Under the pieces are notes generated by a model. That model saw nothing but the letters and a program-made list of their open reading frames with translations. It did not search any database and was not told the DNA's origin. The position numbers and the translations under genes are program-made. Shown here piece after piece: positions 51,409-60,449 of a stretch of DNA of 64,000 nt. Position 1 is the first letter of the stretch. Every line of letters starts with the position of its first letter. Source of the stretch: Spirochaetia bacterium (GTDB lineage Bacteria; Spirochaetota; Spirochaetia; DSM-2461). The DNA lies in NCBI GenBank assembly GCA_963668315.1, contig OY764216.1, forward strand, positions 3,680,001-3,744,000. The letters are read 5' to 3'.

Positions 51409-52861
51409 CGCAATCGGCACAAAAAGAGGAAAAGGCCCCCTTAAGGTGGTCACCGTAAACACGGCATCCCCTTTCCCATATATCCGAAATCTCCTCAGTC
51501 AGGAGATTTCCCAGAGTTTCCTCCCGGTCCAGCCTTTCCTGACAGAGAAGAACCGTACCGTCCATGAGGACATTCATATCCCGTTTGATATGCCAGCAGG
51601 GATTTCTGTCCCAGGGCGCCAGTTCCGTAATCTTCCGGGGAGGCAGTTTTGCGCAGAAATGATCGTATTTTTTAATAATCAGCTTACCCGGCTTCTCTTT
51701 CCATGCCTGGTAGAAGGCTTCCAGAAAATCCTCGCTCTCACCTATCCGCGTCGTCTGCACATAAAGATTCTCTTCCGATTTCCCGCCCAGATAATCTATA
51801 AACCCCAGGGCTTCATCCTGCCCTTCCCCCCTGATCTGCCTGTAAAGCTCCGGATCCAGGGCATCCAGGGTGACAACCCAGTCGATACGGGGACCGAAAG
51901 CGTCGAGAAGGGCATCCAGGGAATTCCGGTCCCAGCCCAGACCGTTTGTTTCCATAAGGAGACGGAACCCTTCATGGGAAAGGACATCGCCCATCATGGC
52001 ATAGATTTCGGGATGCAGGGACGGCTCCCCCCAAAAGGAGAGGGACACAACGCCGTCTCCGGCGAAGAGGGCCGCTTTATCCAGCATGATCTTTAGATCA
52101 CGACGGGGCATGCTGTCTCCCCGGACGGAAAAATCCGGTTCGGGCAGGTAAAAGGGCTTCTGCTGCGTTCTATCGGTTATCTGAAATTGAAAGAAAGCGG
52201 GGAGCGTTCTCAGAAGTTCCTGTTTTCCGTTCAGCCCCTCCGCGATCGCTTCTCCGCCCGTCAGCCCCGCTTCCCGCAGACGATCGAGGAGGAGAAAGTT
52301 TCTTTTACTGTCCGCGGCCAGCTCCAGCCGCAAGAGCCGGAAATCCACGGGACTGATCAGGGTTTCCAGATCAAAGGCATTAATGTCCTTCTGTATGAGG
52401 GTAAAAAGGGCATCACGGGAAAGGGGGGAATCATCACCCCGTCCAAGCAGGGCAAGCTTCTCCATGGCGCTCTTTTCCAGAATTTCCGGGGTCAATCCCA
52501 GAGGCCAGCCGTCGGAGAAGGTATACTGGGACATATATCTGTCATGATGGGTCAGGAGATCATCGGTCAGCTTCCTGTCCAGAAAAGGGGTATCCGACCA
52601 GAGGTAGATGATTCTGTCATAATCGGCGAAGATTTCAGAAAAGGCCTCGACCAGAGCGGATTTTTTATCCTCCGTTTCACGGGGGGAAGCGTTCGGGAAG
52701 GATGTCACCCCGCCGGGGGCAATCAGCTCCACCACAGGTGTCCCTTCGAATCGGCCCAGATATTCTTCCACCATTTCCAGAGGCGAAGAGCCGTTGGTCA
52801 TTTTTTCCCGAGCCCATACCTTCTGCTTTATCGAGTTTACGACCAATACGGTTGGCATCAA
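51383..52861 (-). CDS. Spiro-SPASM protein (cytidylyltransferase-like + radical-SAM-like + SPASM) lacking CxxxCxxC
   Basis: DTPFLD, YTFSDGWPLGLTPEI, KDINAFDLET.I, SFWGEPSLHP, ETNG, R.PCWHIKRD, C..CDEYYTYNF. Confidence 0.88.
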   Translation of the reverse strand: MMPTVLVVNSIKQKVWAREKMTNGSSPLEMVEEYLGRFEGTPVVELIAPGGVTSFPNASPRETEDKKSALVEAFSEIFADYDRIIYLWSDTPFLDRKLTDDLLTHHDRYMSQYTFSDGWPLGLTPEILEKSAMEKLALLGRGDDSPLSRDALFTLIQKDINAFDLETLISPVDFRLLRLELAADSKRNFLLLDRLREAGLTGGEAIAEGLNGKQELLRTLPAFFQFQITDRTQQKPFYLPEPDFSVRGDSMPRRDLKIMLDKAALFAGDGVVSLSFWGEPSLHPEIYAMMGDVLSHEGFRLLMETNGLGWDRNSLDALLDAFGPRIDWVVTLDALDPELYRQIRGEGQDEALGFIDYLGGKSEENLYVQTTRIGESEDFLEAFYQAWKEKPGKLIIKKYDHFCAKLPPRKITELAPWDRNPCWHIKRDMNVLMDGTVLLCQERLDREETLGNLLTEEISDIWERGCRVYGDHLKGAFSSFCADCDEYYTYNF

Positions 52862-52971
52862 TTATCCCCCTTCCCTCTTCAAAACCGAATTATATCATAC
52901 TTTTTCGGAATATTCACCGGGGGGATTGAGTTCTTTTGAAATATGAACGAAGATAGTTTCAGAGGATAGAG

Positions 52972-53811
52972 ATGTTAAAAATTGCCGAATACAATGAACT
53001 GCAGATACTCACCGTGAAAATCAACGGGTGCTATCTTGACGGAGGAAATGAGACCGTGTTTCTTCCCGCCCTGGAAATGCCCGACGGCGCGGGTCAGGGC
53101 GAATACATACAGGTGTATATATATAGAGGGCGGGACGGGATGCTCAAGGCGACCACTGAAGTCGCTCCCGCCGTCATGGGGGGATACGGCTGTTTTCCCG
53201 TAAGAAAAAAACAGGATTACGGCGCCTTCCTGAACTGGGGGCTGGGAAGGGACCTGTTTCTTCCCAAACGCTTCTACCGCACCGATTTCAATGAAGGGGA
53301 CAATGTTGTTGTCAGGCTTATCCCCGATGTGGAAGACAACAGCGTCATCGCCACCGAGAAATTCACAAGAGCCCTGGAAGAGGAGAAGCCCGAAGACCTT
53401 GAGGAGAACCAGGAAGTGGACCTCCTTGTCTGGGATATCAATTCCCGGGGAGCCCGGGTCATCGTGGAAGACCGTTTCGGCGGCATGGTCTACAGCAGCG
53501 AAACCTTTGAACCCCTCTCCGTGGGTGACCGGAAAAAGGGTTATATCAAAAAAGTCCGGGAGGACGGCAAAATCGATGTGGCCCTGCAGAAACAGGGGTT
53601 CCGCGGCGCCGTGGATGATTCCCGCCAGAAACTCCTCTCCGCTCTCAAAGAGAATAACGGCTATCTTCCCGTGGGCGACAAAAGCTCCCCCGATGAGATA
53701 AAAAAGCACTTGCAGATGAGTAAAAAGATGTTCAAGAAAACAGCCGGCGTTCTTTACAAAGAGGGCAAGTTGATCATAACCGATCAATCCATCGAGCTGA
53801 AGGGCAAATAG
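52972..53811 (+). CDS. cvfB: CvfB-family S1-domain RNA-binding protein
   Basis: GAFLNWGL.RDLFLP, GYIKKVREDGKID, DKSSP.EI....MSKK.FKK..G.LYK. Confidence 0.92.
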   Translation: MLKIAEYNELQILTVKINGCYLDGGNETVFLPALEMPDGAGQGEYIQVYIYRGRDGMLKATTEVAPAVMGGYGCFPVRKKQDYGAFLNWGLGRDLFLPKRFYRTDFNEGDNVVVRLIPDVEDNSVIATEKFTRALEEEKPEDLEENQEVDLLVWDINSRGARVIVEDRFGGMVYSSETFEPLSVGDRKKGYIKKVREDGKIDVALQKQGFRGAVDDSRQKLLSALKENNGYLPVGDKSSPDEIKKHLQMSKKMFKKTAGVLYKEGKLIITDQSIELKGK

Positions 53812-54848
53812 TGGATCAAAAAACGCATTTTTACGATCTGACTCCCTATGCGGTCATGGAGGCCCTGGAGGAAGCCGGTCTCAGGCCGGACGGGTCCTCC
53901 CTTCAGCTGAACAGCCTTGAAAACCGGGTCTACGACCTGGGGCTGGAGGACGGCCGGCACATGGTGGCGAAATTCTACCGTCCCGGAAGATGGTCCCTTG
54001 AACAGATCGAAGAGGAGCACCGCTTTCTCGCCCTGCTGTCGGAGGAGGAAATCCCCGTCTGCGCCCCCATGGAGTTTCCCGGAGGGGGAACCATCCGCAG
54101 GAAGGAAGACATCTATTACGCCGTCTGGCCCCGAACGGGAGGCCGGCAGGTCGATGAGTTCTCCCGTGAACAGCTCCTTATGCTGGGGCGCTACCTGGGA
54201 AGGATTCATCTGGTCGGGGAGAACTGTCCCTTTGCCTATCGTCCCCGCCTTGACCTTGAAAGAATGATAGAGGAACCCCTCCGAATCATCGGCGGACTGG
54301 ATCTTGAGCCGTCCCGGAAGAAACGTTTTTCCGAACTGGCCCGGGAGGCCGGAGAGGCTTACCGGGAATTAAGCCGGGGGGTGTCATTAATCTCCCTCCA
54401 CGGCGACTGCCATACGGGAAACCTCCTGAACGATAGAAACAGGTTTTTCTTCCTGGATTTCGATGACGCCCTCACCGGTCCCGCCGTTCAGGATATATGG
54501 ATGCTCCTGGGCGGGGACGACTACGCCGGGCGCCTGGAACTGATTCTTGAAGGTTACGAAACATTTTACCCCTTCGACCGGAAGGAACTCAGGCTCATCG
54601 AGCCTCTGAGAGCTCTGAGGATGGTCTACTACGCGGGCTGGGTGGCGAAAAGACACGATGATCCGGCCTTCCGCCACGCCTTTCCCCACTGGGGCAGCCG
54701 GGATTACTGGGAACAGGAAATTGCCGATCTGGAGAAGCAGATCGGAAGATTCAGGGAAGATCAGACGGGCGGCTCTTATATCTGTGACGGGGAAAAACCA
54801 GTGGAAGAGCTGACAAATGCGGATTACTTTTTCGACTGGGAAGAGTGA
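53811..54848 (+). CDS. srkA: Stress-response Ser/Thr kinase SrkA (RdoA/YihE)
   Basis: LNSLENRVY, AKFYRPGRWS..QI.EEH, LHGDCH.GN, DFDD...GPAVQD.W, DPAF..AFP. Confidence 0.93.
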   Translation: MDQKTHFYDLTPYAVMEALEEAGLRPDGSSLQLNSLENRVYDLGLEDGRHMVAKFYRPGRWSLEQIEEEHRFLALLSEEEIPVCAPMEFPGGGTIRRKEDIYYAVWPRTGGRQVDEFSREQLLMLGRYLGRIHLVGENCPFAYRPRLDLERMIEEPLRIIGGLDLEPSRKKRFSELAREAGEAYRELSRGVSLISLHGDCHTGNLLNDRNRFFFLDFDDALTGPAVQDIWMLLGGDDYAGRLELILEGYETFYPFDRKELRLIEPLRALRMVYYAGWVAKRHDDPAFRHAFPHWGSRDYWEQEIADLEKQIGRFREDQTGGSYICDGEKPVEELTNADYFFDWEE

Positions 54849-56722
54849 TTACCCTTTCTGGAAGCCGTCCCTTTTCCCGGGGCGGAACTCCTGCCGCCCT
54901 TTCCCGTGTAAACGGGGATCAGGTCCTTTCTCTTTAGATCGGTCAGAGCTTCGCGGACCAGTTTTTCATTCTCCCGCTTATTATGCTGTATCAGAGCTCT
55001 CTGCTTTTTTCTCTCCCTCTCCTTTCTTTCCACAAAGACAGGCTTGCCCGTTCGGGGATCTATGCCGGAGTAGTAGATGCAGCTGCTGATTGTTCCCGGA
55101 GTGGGATAGAAATCCTGTATCTGATCGGGGACGAATCCGGTTTTTCGCAGATCCTCCGCCAGAATGAGGGCATCCTTCAGGGTCGAACCGGGATGGGAGG
55201 CGATCAGGTAGGGGATAAGATACTGTTTCTTCCCCAGTTTTTTATTCACCGCGGCGAATTTTTCAGAAAACCCGCGGTAGACTTTGGAAGGCGGTTTCCC
55301 CATTATCCGCAATACCCCATCGGAAGTGTGCTCGGGGGCGACCTTCAGCTGGCCTGAAATGTGGTACTGGCTGAGCTCCTCGAGAAAAGTATCATCCCTG
55401 TCAAGCATCACATAATCAAAACGTATGCCCGAACGGACAAAAACTTTCTTCACCCCGTCCAGCTTTCGCAGTTTGCGCAGAAGGGCCACATAATCGGAGT
55501 GATCGACTTTCAGCTGGGGACAGGGGTCCGGAGCGAGACATGTCCTGTGGGTACAGGGACCGCTCTTCAGCTGTTTGTCACAGGCGGGAAAACGAAAATT
55601 GGCCGTGGGACCGCCCACATCGTTAATATACCCTTTAAAGGAGGGATCCTTTACCATGTCCTCCGCCTCATGCACCAGGGATTCGTGGCTGCGGGAGGAG
55701 ATGATAACGCCCTGGTGAAAGGCGAGAGCGCAGAAGGCGCAGTTGCCGAAACATCCCCTGTTGCTGACAAGGGAGAACCGGACTTCTTTCAATGCGGGGA
55801 TGCCCCCCTCTTTTTCGTACTTGGGATGATATTCCCTCGTATAGGGCAGGCCGTAAACCCGGTCGAACTCCTCCCTTGATATAGGCCGGGCCGGAGGGTT
55901 CTCCACGGCGATCTGACCGCCGGCCTCTTCGACCAGAGCTGTTTTTCTGAAAGGGTTATTATGATCAAGACGGATTTTGAAATTTCCGGCGAAGAGAGAC
56001 TTATCCCTGGCCATATCCTCAAAGGACGGAAGGGTTACAAATTCCCAGGGGGATTCTTCTTCCGCCTCCTTCCATTTTTTCACCGACCGGCGGTAAAGGG
56101 TTCCGGGAATATCGGTTATCCCTTCAACGGGCTTGCCGGAAGCCAGGTCACGGGCCAGGCGCAGGATCGTCTCCTCCCCCATCCCGTAAACAATGATATC
56201 GGCCTTACTGTCAATAATCAGAGACTTCCTCAGCTTATCCGTCCAGTAATCGTAATGGCTCAGACGTCTCAGGGAGGCCTCAATTCCTCCCAGGATGACG
56301 GGCACGCCCTTATAGGCCGCCCTGGCCCGGGAAGTGTAGATGATGGAGGCCCGGTCCGGTCTTTTTCCTGTTTTCCCGCCGGGGGAATAGGAGTCTTCAG
56401 AACGGAGACGCCGGTTGGCCGTATAATGGTTGACCATGGAGTCCATATTCCCCGCCGTTATCAGCCAGGCGATACGGGGCTTTCCCAATCGGGTAAAATC
56501 ATCCGGTCCGTCTCCCTGCCAATCGGGCTGGTCCAGTATGCCCACCTTGAAACCGTCCGCTTCCAGCACCCGGCCGATCAAAGCCGTCCCGAAGGAGGGA
56601 TGGTCCACATAGGCATCGCCGGATATGAGGACAAAATCGCACTGGTCCCAACCCCTCTCTTCCATCTCCTCACGGGTTGTGGGAAGGAAGAGGGCCTGAT
56701 CAGAGTTCTTCGACTTCATCAA
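54824..56722 (-). CDS. ygiQ: YgiQ-family radical SAM protein
   Basis: GDAYVDHPSFG, GNMDSMVNHYT, GGIEASLRR..HYDYW, RGCFGNCAFC, LKVAPEH, QDFYPTP. Confidence 0.96.
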   Translation of the reverse strand: MMKSKNSDQALFLPTTREEMEERGWDQCDFVLISGDAYVDHPSFGTALIGRVLEADGFKVGILDQPDWQGDGPDDFTRLGKPRIAWLITAGNMDSMVNHYTANRRLRSEDSYSPGGKTGKRPDRASIIYTSRARAAYKGVPVILGGIEASLRRLSHYDYWTDKLRKSLIIDSKADIIVYGMGEETILRLARDLASGKPVEGITDIPGTLYRRSVKKWKEAEEESPWEFVTLPSFEDMARDKSLFAGNFKIRLDHNNPFRKTALVEEAGGQIAVENPPARPISREEFDRVYGLPYTREYHPKYEKEGGIPALKEVRFSLVSNRGCFGNCAFCALAFHQGVIISSRSHESLVHEAEDMVKDPSFKGYINDVGGPTANFRFPACDKQLKSGPCTHRTCLAPDPCPQLKVDHSDYVALLRKLRKLDGVKKVFVRSGIRFDYVMLDRDDTFLEELSQYHISGQLKVAPEHTSDGVLRIMGKPPSKVYRGFSEKFAAVNKKLGKKQYLIPYLIASHPGSTLKDALILAEDLRKTGFVPDQIQDFYPTPGTISSCIYYSGIDPRTGKPVFVERKERERKKQRALIQHNKRENEKLVREALTDLKRKDLIPVYTGKGGRSSAPGKGTASRKGNHSSQSKK

Positions 56723-58124
56723 GGGCCGCCTGATACTCGAGCATACTCGATTTTAAATGGGTGAAGAACAGAGGGTAGATCACGTTGTAATAATAGTAGG
56801 TCTTATACGTGGGAGACCGGTTGTTGGAGAACCACCCTTCCGTCAGTTTCAGCTTTCGTCCCATATACTGGTCATAGCTGATAAAATCCACATAGCAGTT
56901 CAGATCGCACTCATCCCTGTATTTCAGGGCATCCTGAAGTTTCCCCAGTATCTCCGCCAGATCATAGAGACTGTACTTTTTCTCAATCGCTTCCGCGGTT
57001 TTCTGCTTGGGAGAGTTATTGAATTTACGGAAGATCTTTTCGTATTTGGGAGGCTGGAGAAGCTTGAAGATCTGATCCTTCCGGATTTTTATCTTATACT
57101 CAGCAAAGAGAGCTTCCACCTCATCCAGGACGAAGCGGTTGCCCCGGTAATATTTCAGAAGCTCGATAATCCGGTCGACGCCGTACTCCCCCTTCGTCAG
57201 CAGCAGACGGATCTGGGTCGTGGTATCTTCGGGCAGCTGGGGATTTACCTGGACGCTGTAGGTTTCATAGCGCGAAACCTTCTTCCCCTGAATATAGATG
57301 GTGTGACTTTCAAAGACATCGTCAATGGTCACATTTTTATAGATGCTGTCGTAGAGTTTCGCTTCCCTCTGGAATCGTCTGAAATACTGCTCGAGAGTTC
57401 CTGTGGAGTCGAGGATATGATAATAATCGCTGGAGATGCGGAGACCTCCGGACGGGGCGGAACTTTCCATTCTCTTCGCATCGATGACGGGGACGCCGAT
57501 GACATCCCACTGGCGGGCTCCCTCGGGACCGAAATTACCGATGGTGACTTCGCCTATGGAAGCCCCGATGCGGATCCGTACCTGGAACAGGGCGTTCATG
57601 GAGTGGGCCAGCTCCTCGTTATTACGGAGGGCGGAAATGATTTCATAGGCGGCTTTCACCGTCTCCTGCGCCTCGTGGTCATTGATGATCGTTAATATCG
57701 TCTCGTTGGCTTTGTTGAACAGATTGCAGACCCTCTGCAGCTCGACGCATGTAAGGAACAGCTCCCGGGCGATGTATTTTCTGACCCCCTCGGGGTTTTT
57801 GCCCTTTACGTTCGGATCGATAGGCCCGCCGTAATGAAACATGATGCTGTCGCCCTCAATCTTGTTGAGGTATCCGCCGTGCTTCTTGATCACCCAGTGA
57901 AAAGCGGCATACAGGCCGTTGAGAAAAATATGGTTTTCCTTGGAACTAAGGAACTTGGACAGATAAGTGTAATCGGCGATATCGAGAAAAGCGATACCCA
58001 CAAGAGAATCGGTGGAAGTCTCGGGAATGGCCCCTATTTCCGATATGGCCTGAATCAGCTGAGAAGGCAGGTAATAACTTTCGACAGACCTTCGTAATTT
58101 CAGCTCATCCTTATCAGTCAACAC
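56700..58124 (-). CDS. Class III adenylate/guanylate cyclase-domain protein with an unknown C-terminal domain
   Basis: FLDIADYT, NKIEGDSIM, RIRIG...G.V..GNFG, WDVIG...AKRMES. Confidence 0.9.
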   Translation of the reverse strand: MLTDKDELKLRRSVESYYLPSQLIQAISEIGAIPETSTDSLVGIAFLDIADYTYLSKFLSSKENHIFLNGLYAAFHWVIKKHGGYLNKIEGDSIMFHYGGPIDPNVKGKNPEGVRKYIARELFLTCVELQRVCNLFNKANETILTIINDHEAQETVKAAYEIISALRNNEELAHSMNALFQVRIRIGASIGEVTIGNFGPEGARQWDVIGVPVIDAKRMESSAPSGGLRISSDYYHILDSTGTLEQYFRRFQREAKLYDSIYKNVTIDDVFESHTIYIQGKKVSRYETYSVQVNPQLPEDTTTQIRLLLTKGEYGVDRIIELLKYYRGNRFVLDEVEALFAEYKIKIRKDQIFKLLQPPKYEKIFRKFNNSPKQKTAEAIEKKYSLYDLAEILGKLQDALKYRDECDLNCYVDFISYDQYMGRKLKLTEGWFSNNRSPTYKTYYYYNVIYPLFFTHLKSSMLEYQAALDEVEEL

Positions 58125-58153
58125 AACAATTGCCCCTATTCTCTGTTTTTTTA

Positions 58154-60421
58154 TTACACAAAATTAAGATATTGTCCATACAATATGGCGTAAAAGCTGA
58201 GAAGTACATCCAATTCGGAGGCCTCCACCCGTTCATAAAGATTCAGGAACCAGAAGAGGCGGCTGAGATTTTCCTCCTCACCCTGCTCTTCCCTCTTCTC
58301 GTACATCGCGGGGCTCAGCTCGAGCACGAGCTGCCTCAGCTCCCGGACAACGCGGTTATAGTCCCGGTTCTTGTAGGATTCCTTAATGGAGGACATCAGA
58401 TTCTTTTTCAGATGTTTCAGCAGAACGGGGGAGCTTTTCTTGATAAGCCGGGCGATAAGCTTCTCCGCTTCATCGCAGAACCGGGTAAAGGAATCCTCCC
58501 AGTCACCCTGCAGAAAGATATAGAACTCTCCGGGATTTCCCAGCATATTGGCCAGGGCGATGGCAAGCTGCTTCCGGAAAACCCGGTTGTTCGATTTTTT
58601 CATCAGGTTGAAAATATCTCCCGCCGCTTCCCTCTCCCCCTTTTTGGACAGGGCGACAGCGCCGGAGACTTTCACTTTTTCACTCTTACCCGTACGCACG
58701 ATGGCCAGGAGTTTCTCAACCGAATCCCGCTCTTCCATATTCCCCAGAGCCTCGGCGCAGACATCCTGCAGTTCCTCCGAAGGATCGGCCAGAGCGCCGA
58801 TGAGAAAGGGGATAGCCCTTTTGTTCCCCGTCTTACTCAGGGCCAGGGCCGAAACCGTCCTTATGGTGGAATCCCGGTCGATCAGTTCCGCTATCAGGGC
58901 GTCCACCGCCTGGGGAGTTCCAATCCGGCCGAGTGTTTTAGCCGCTTCTTCCCTTACGTCCCTGTCCGGGTCATGAAGGCGCTCGATGATTTCCGGTTCC
59001 CCCAGGACGCCGGAGGATCCGCTGATTTTCCTGAGACTGCTCTCGACTTTCGCGGGGGTCTTTTTTTCCTTCTGCACGACGGCGATGGAGTTCATGGTCC
59101 GGAAGATATTGGGATTCATAACGATCCTGATGATCTTTCTGACAGAGGTTTCCCTTAAATCGAGAAAAGAGTAAAGGAGCAGGCCGAAAAGGGTTAGAAG
59201 GGCGGAAATGATGATATTGACGTGTATGCCGTAATGGGGGAATCCCGAACCGGCTGCCGCCAGTTTCTCCATCCTTTCCAGCAGAGTTCCCCCCAGCATG
59301 GGACCGACGGCTCCGAAAATACCGAAAAAAGTCCAGTACCAGGCAATATAGGCGGTCTGGTTCTCCTCATCGGCCAGGGAGTAGGTAATCTGCAGAAGCC
59401 CGTCGAAAAAGGCGGAACTGACCACTCCCGTCAGAAACGCCACAAGAGGCAGGAAGATGAAATAGTTTTCTCCCGTGGCGAAGAAGAAGATAAGCCAGAA
59501 AAGAGGAAAAACCGAACCGATCATTACCGCGCCCTTCTTGCCCAGCCGGTCCATAACCTTTCCCCAGAAAGCCGCCGTCAGCACCCATGTGGACTGGGAA
59601 ATAACCACATTGATACCTATCCACAGATTGGGAGCTCCCAGGCCTTTCCCCTTTTCCACAAACCAGGGAGCCAGAAAGGGGTTTGTGACATTGATGGCCA
59701 TGACGGAAAACCCCAGAACAAAGCAGAAATAGAGAAAGTGCCTGTTGCGGAGAGGAGCCGTTACCATGGAAAGGGTGAATTGTTTTTTCTTTTTCACCGG
59801 CTGTTCGGGTATGCCCATATGAAGGAGGATATCGGCCATGCCGCAGAGTGTGGCGATGAAATAGACCACGGCATAAACAATAAGCGCCCGGTCGGAAAAT
59901 ATATCCAGAAGCCAGGTGATGGTAAAGAAAAAGATAACATTGGACATCTGGTTGATGGCCGAACGCCTCCCGAAAAAGGAAGCCCTGGAGGCGGGCGGGA
60001 CCAGACGGCTCATCCAGGTAAACCATCCGGCGGAGCTCGTATTGGCCAGGGCCAGGCTCAGGACGGTGGATACGGCCACCATAATCAGAGCCGTCCTCTC
60101 CTCTCCGCCCCGGTAGACAAAAACCGCCGCCAGGGAGATGGCAAAAGCCAGGGCCCTGTGGATGAGCGATGTGGTCAGCCAGAAAGTCTTTATCCGCTTG
60201 AACCGGCTGTAGAAAAAGATGGAGGAGAGATGAAAAACGGCGACTATCTGGGTTAAGCCGACGATGAGGCCCAGCTGGGAGGAGGACGCTCCCAGGTGCT
60301 CCGTAAGGAAGATGGACCATATCTGCTGGGGATTGGCGACGATAAACCAGATGACTCCGATGAAACCGGCGCTGAAACTGAGCCGGGTAACCCGTTTTAA
60401 TTCTTCCCCTCTTACAGACAA
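58154..60421 (-). CDS. MFS transporter fused to C-terminal HEAT (PBS-lyase-like) repeats
   Basis: About 12 TM segments with WGKVMDRLGKK; repeats L.DPD.DVREEAAKTLGRIG, LIDRDS.IR..SALAL.K.G, LADPS.ELQ...AEALG; SD AAGGAG. Confidence 0.88.
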   Translation of the reverse strand: MSVRGEELKRVTRLSFSAGFIGVIWFIVANPQQIWSIFLTEHLGASSSQLGLIVGLTQIVAVFHLSSIFFYSRFKRIKTFWLTTSLIHRALAFAISLAAVFVYRGGEERTALIMVAVSTVLSLALANTSSAGWFTWMSRLVPPASRASFFGRRSAINQMSNVIFFFTITWLLDIFSDRALIVYAVVYFIATLCGMADILLHMGIPEQPVKKKKQFTLSMVTAPLRNRHFLYFCFVLGFSVMAINVTNPFLAPWFVEKGKGLGAPNLWIGINVVISQSTWVLTAAFWGKVMDRLGKKGAVMIGSVFPLFWLIFFFATGENYFIFLPLVAFLTGVVSSAFFDGLLQITYSLADEENQTAYIAWYWTFFGIFGAVGPMLGGTLLERMEKLAAAGSGFPHYGIHVNIIISALLTLFGLLLYSFLDLRETSVRKIIRIVMNPNIFRTMNSIAVVQKEKKTPAKVESSLRKISGSSGVLGEPEIIERLHDPDRDVREEAAKTLGRIGTPQAVDALIAELIDRDSTIRTVSALALSKTGNKRAIPFLIGALADPSEELQDVCAEALGNMEERDSVEKLLAIVRTGKSEKVKVSGAVALSKKGEREAAGDIFNLMKKSNNRVFRKQLAIALANMLGNPGEFYIFLQGDWEDSFTRFCDEAEKLIARLIKKSSPVLLKHLKKNLMSSIKESYKNRDYNRVVRELRQLVLELSPAMYEKREEQGEEENLSRLFWFLNLYERVEASELDVLLSFYAILYGQYLNFV

Positions 60422-60449
60422 TGTCCTCTCCTTCGGTACAAATATTTAA

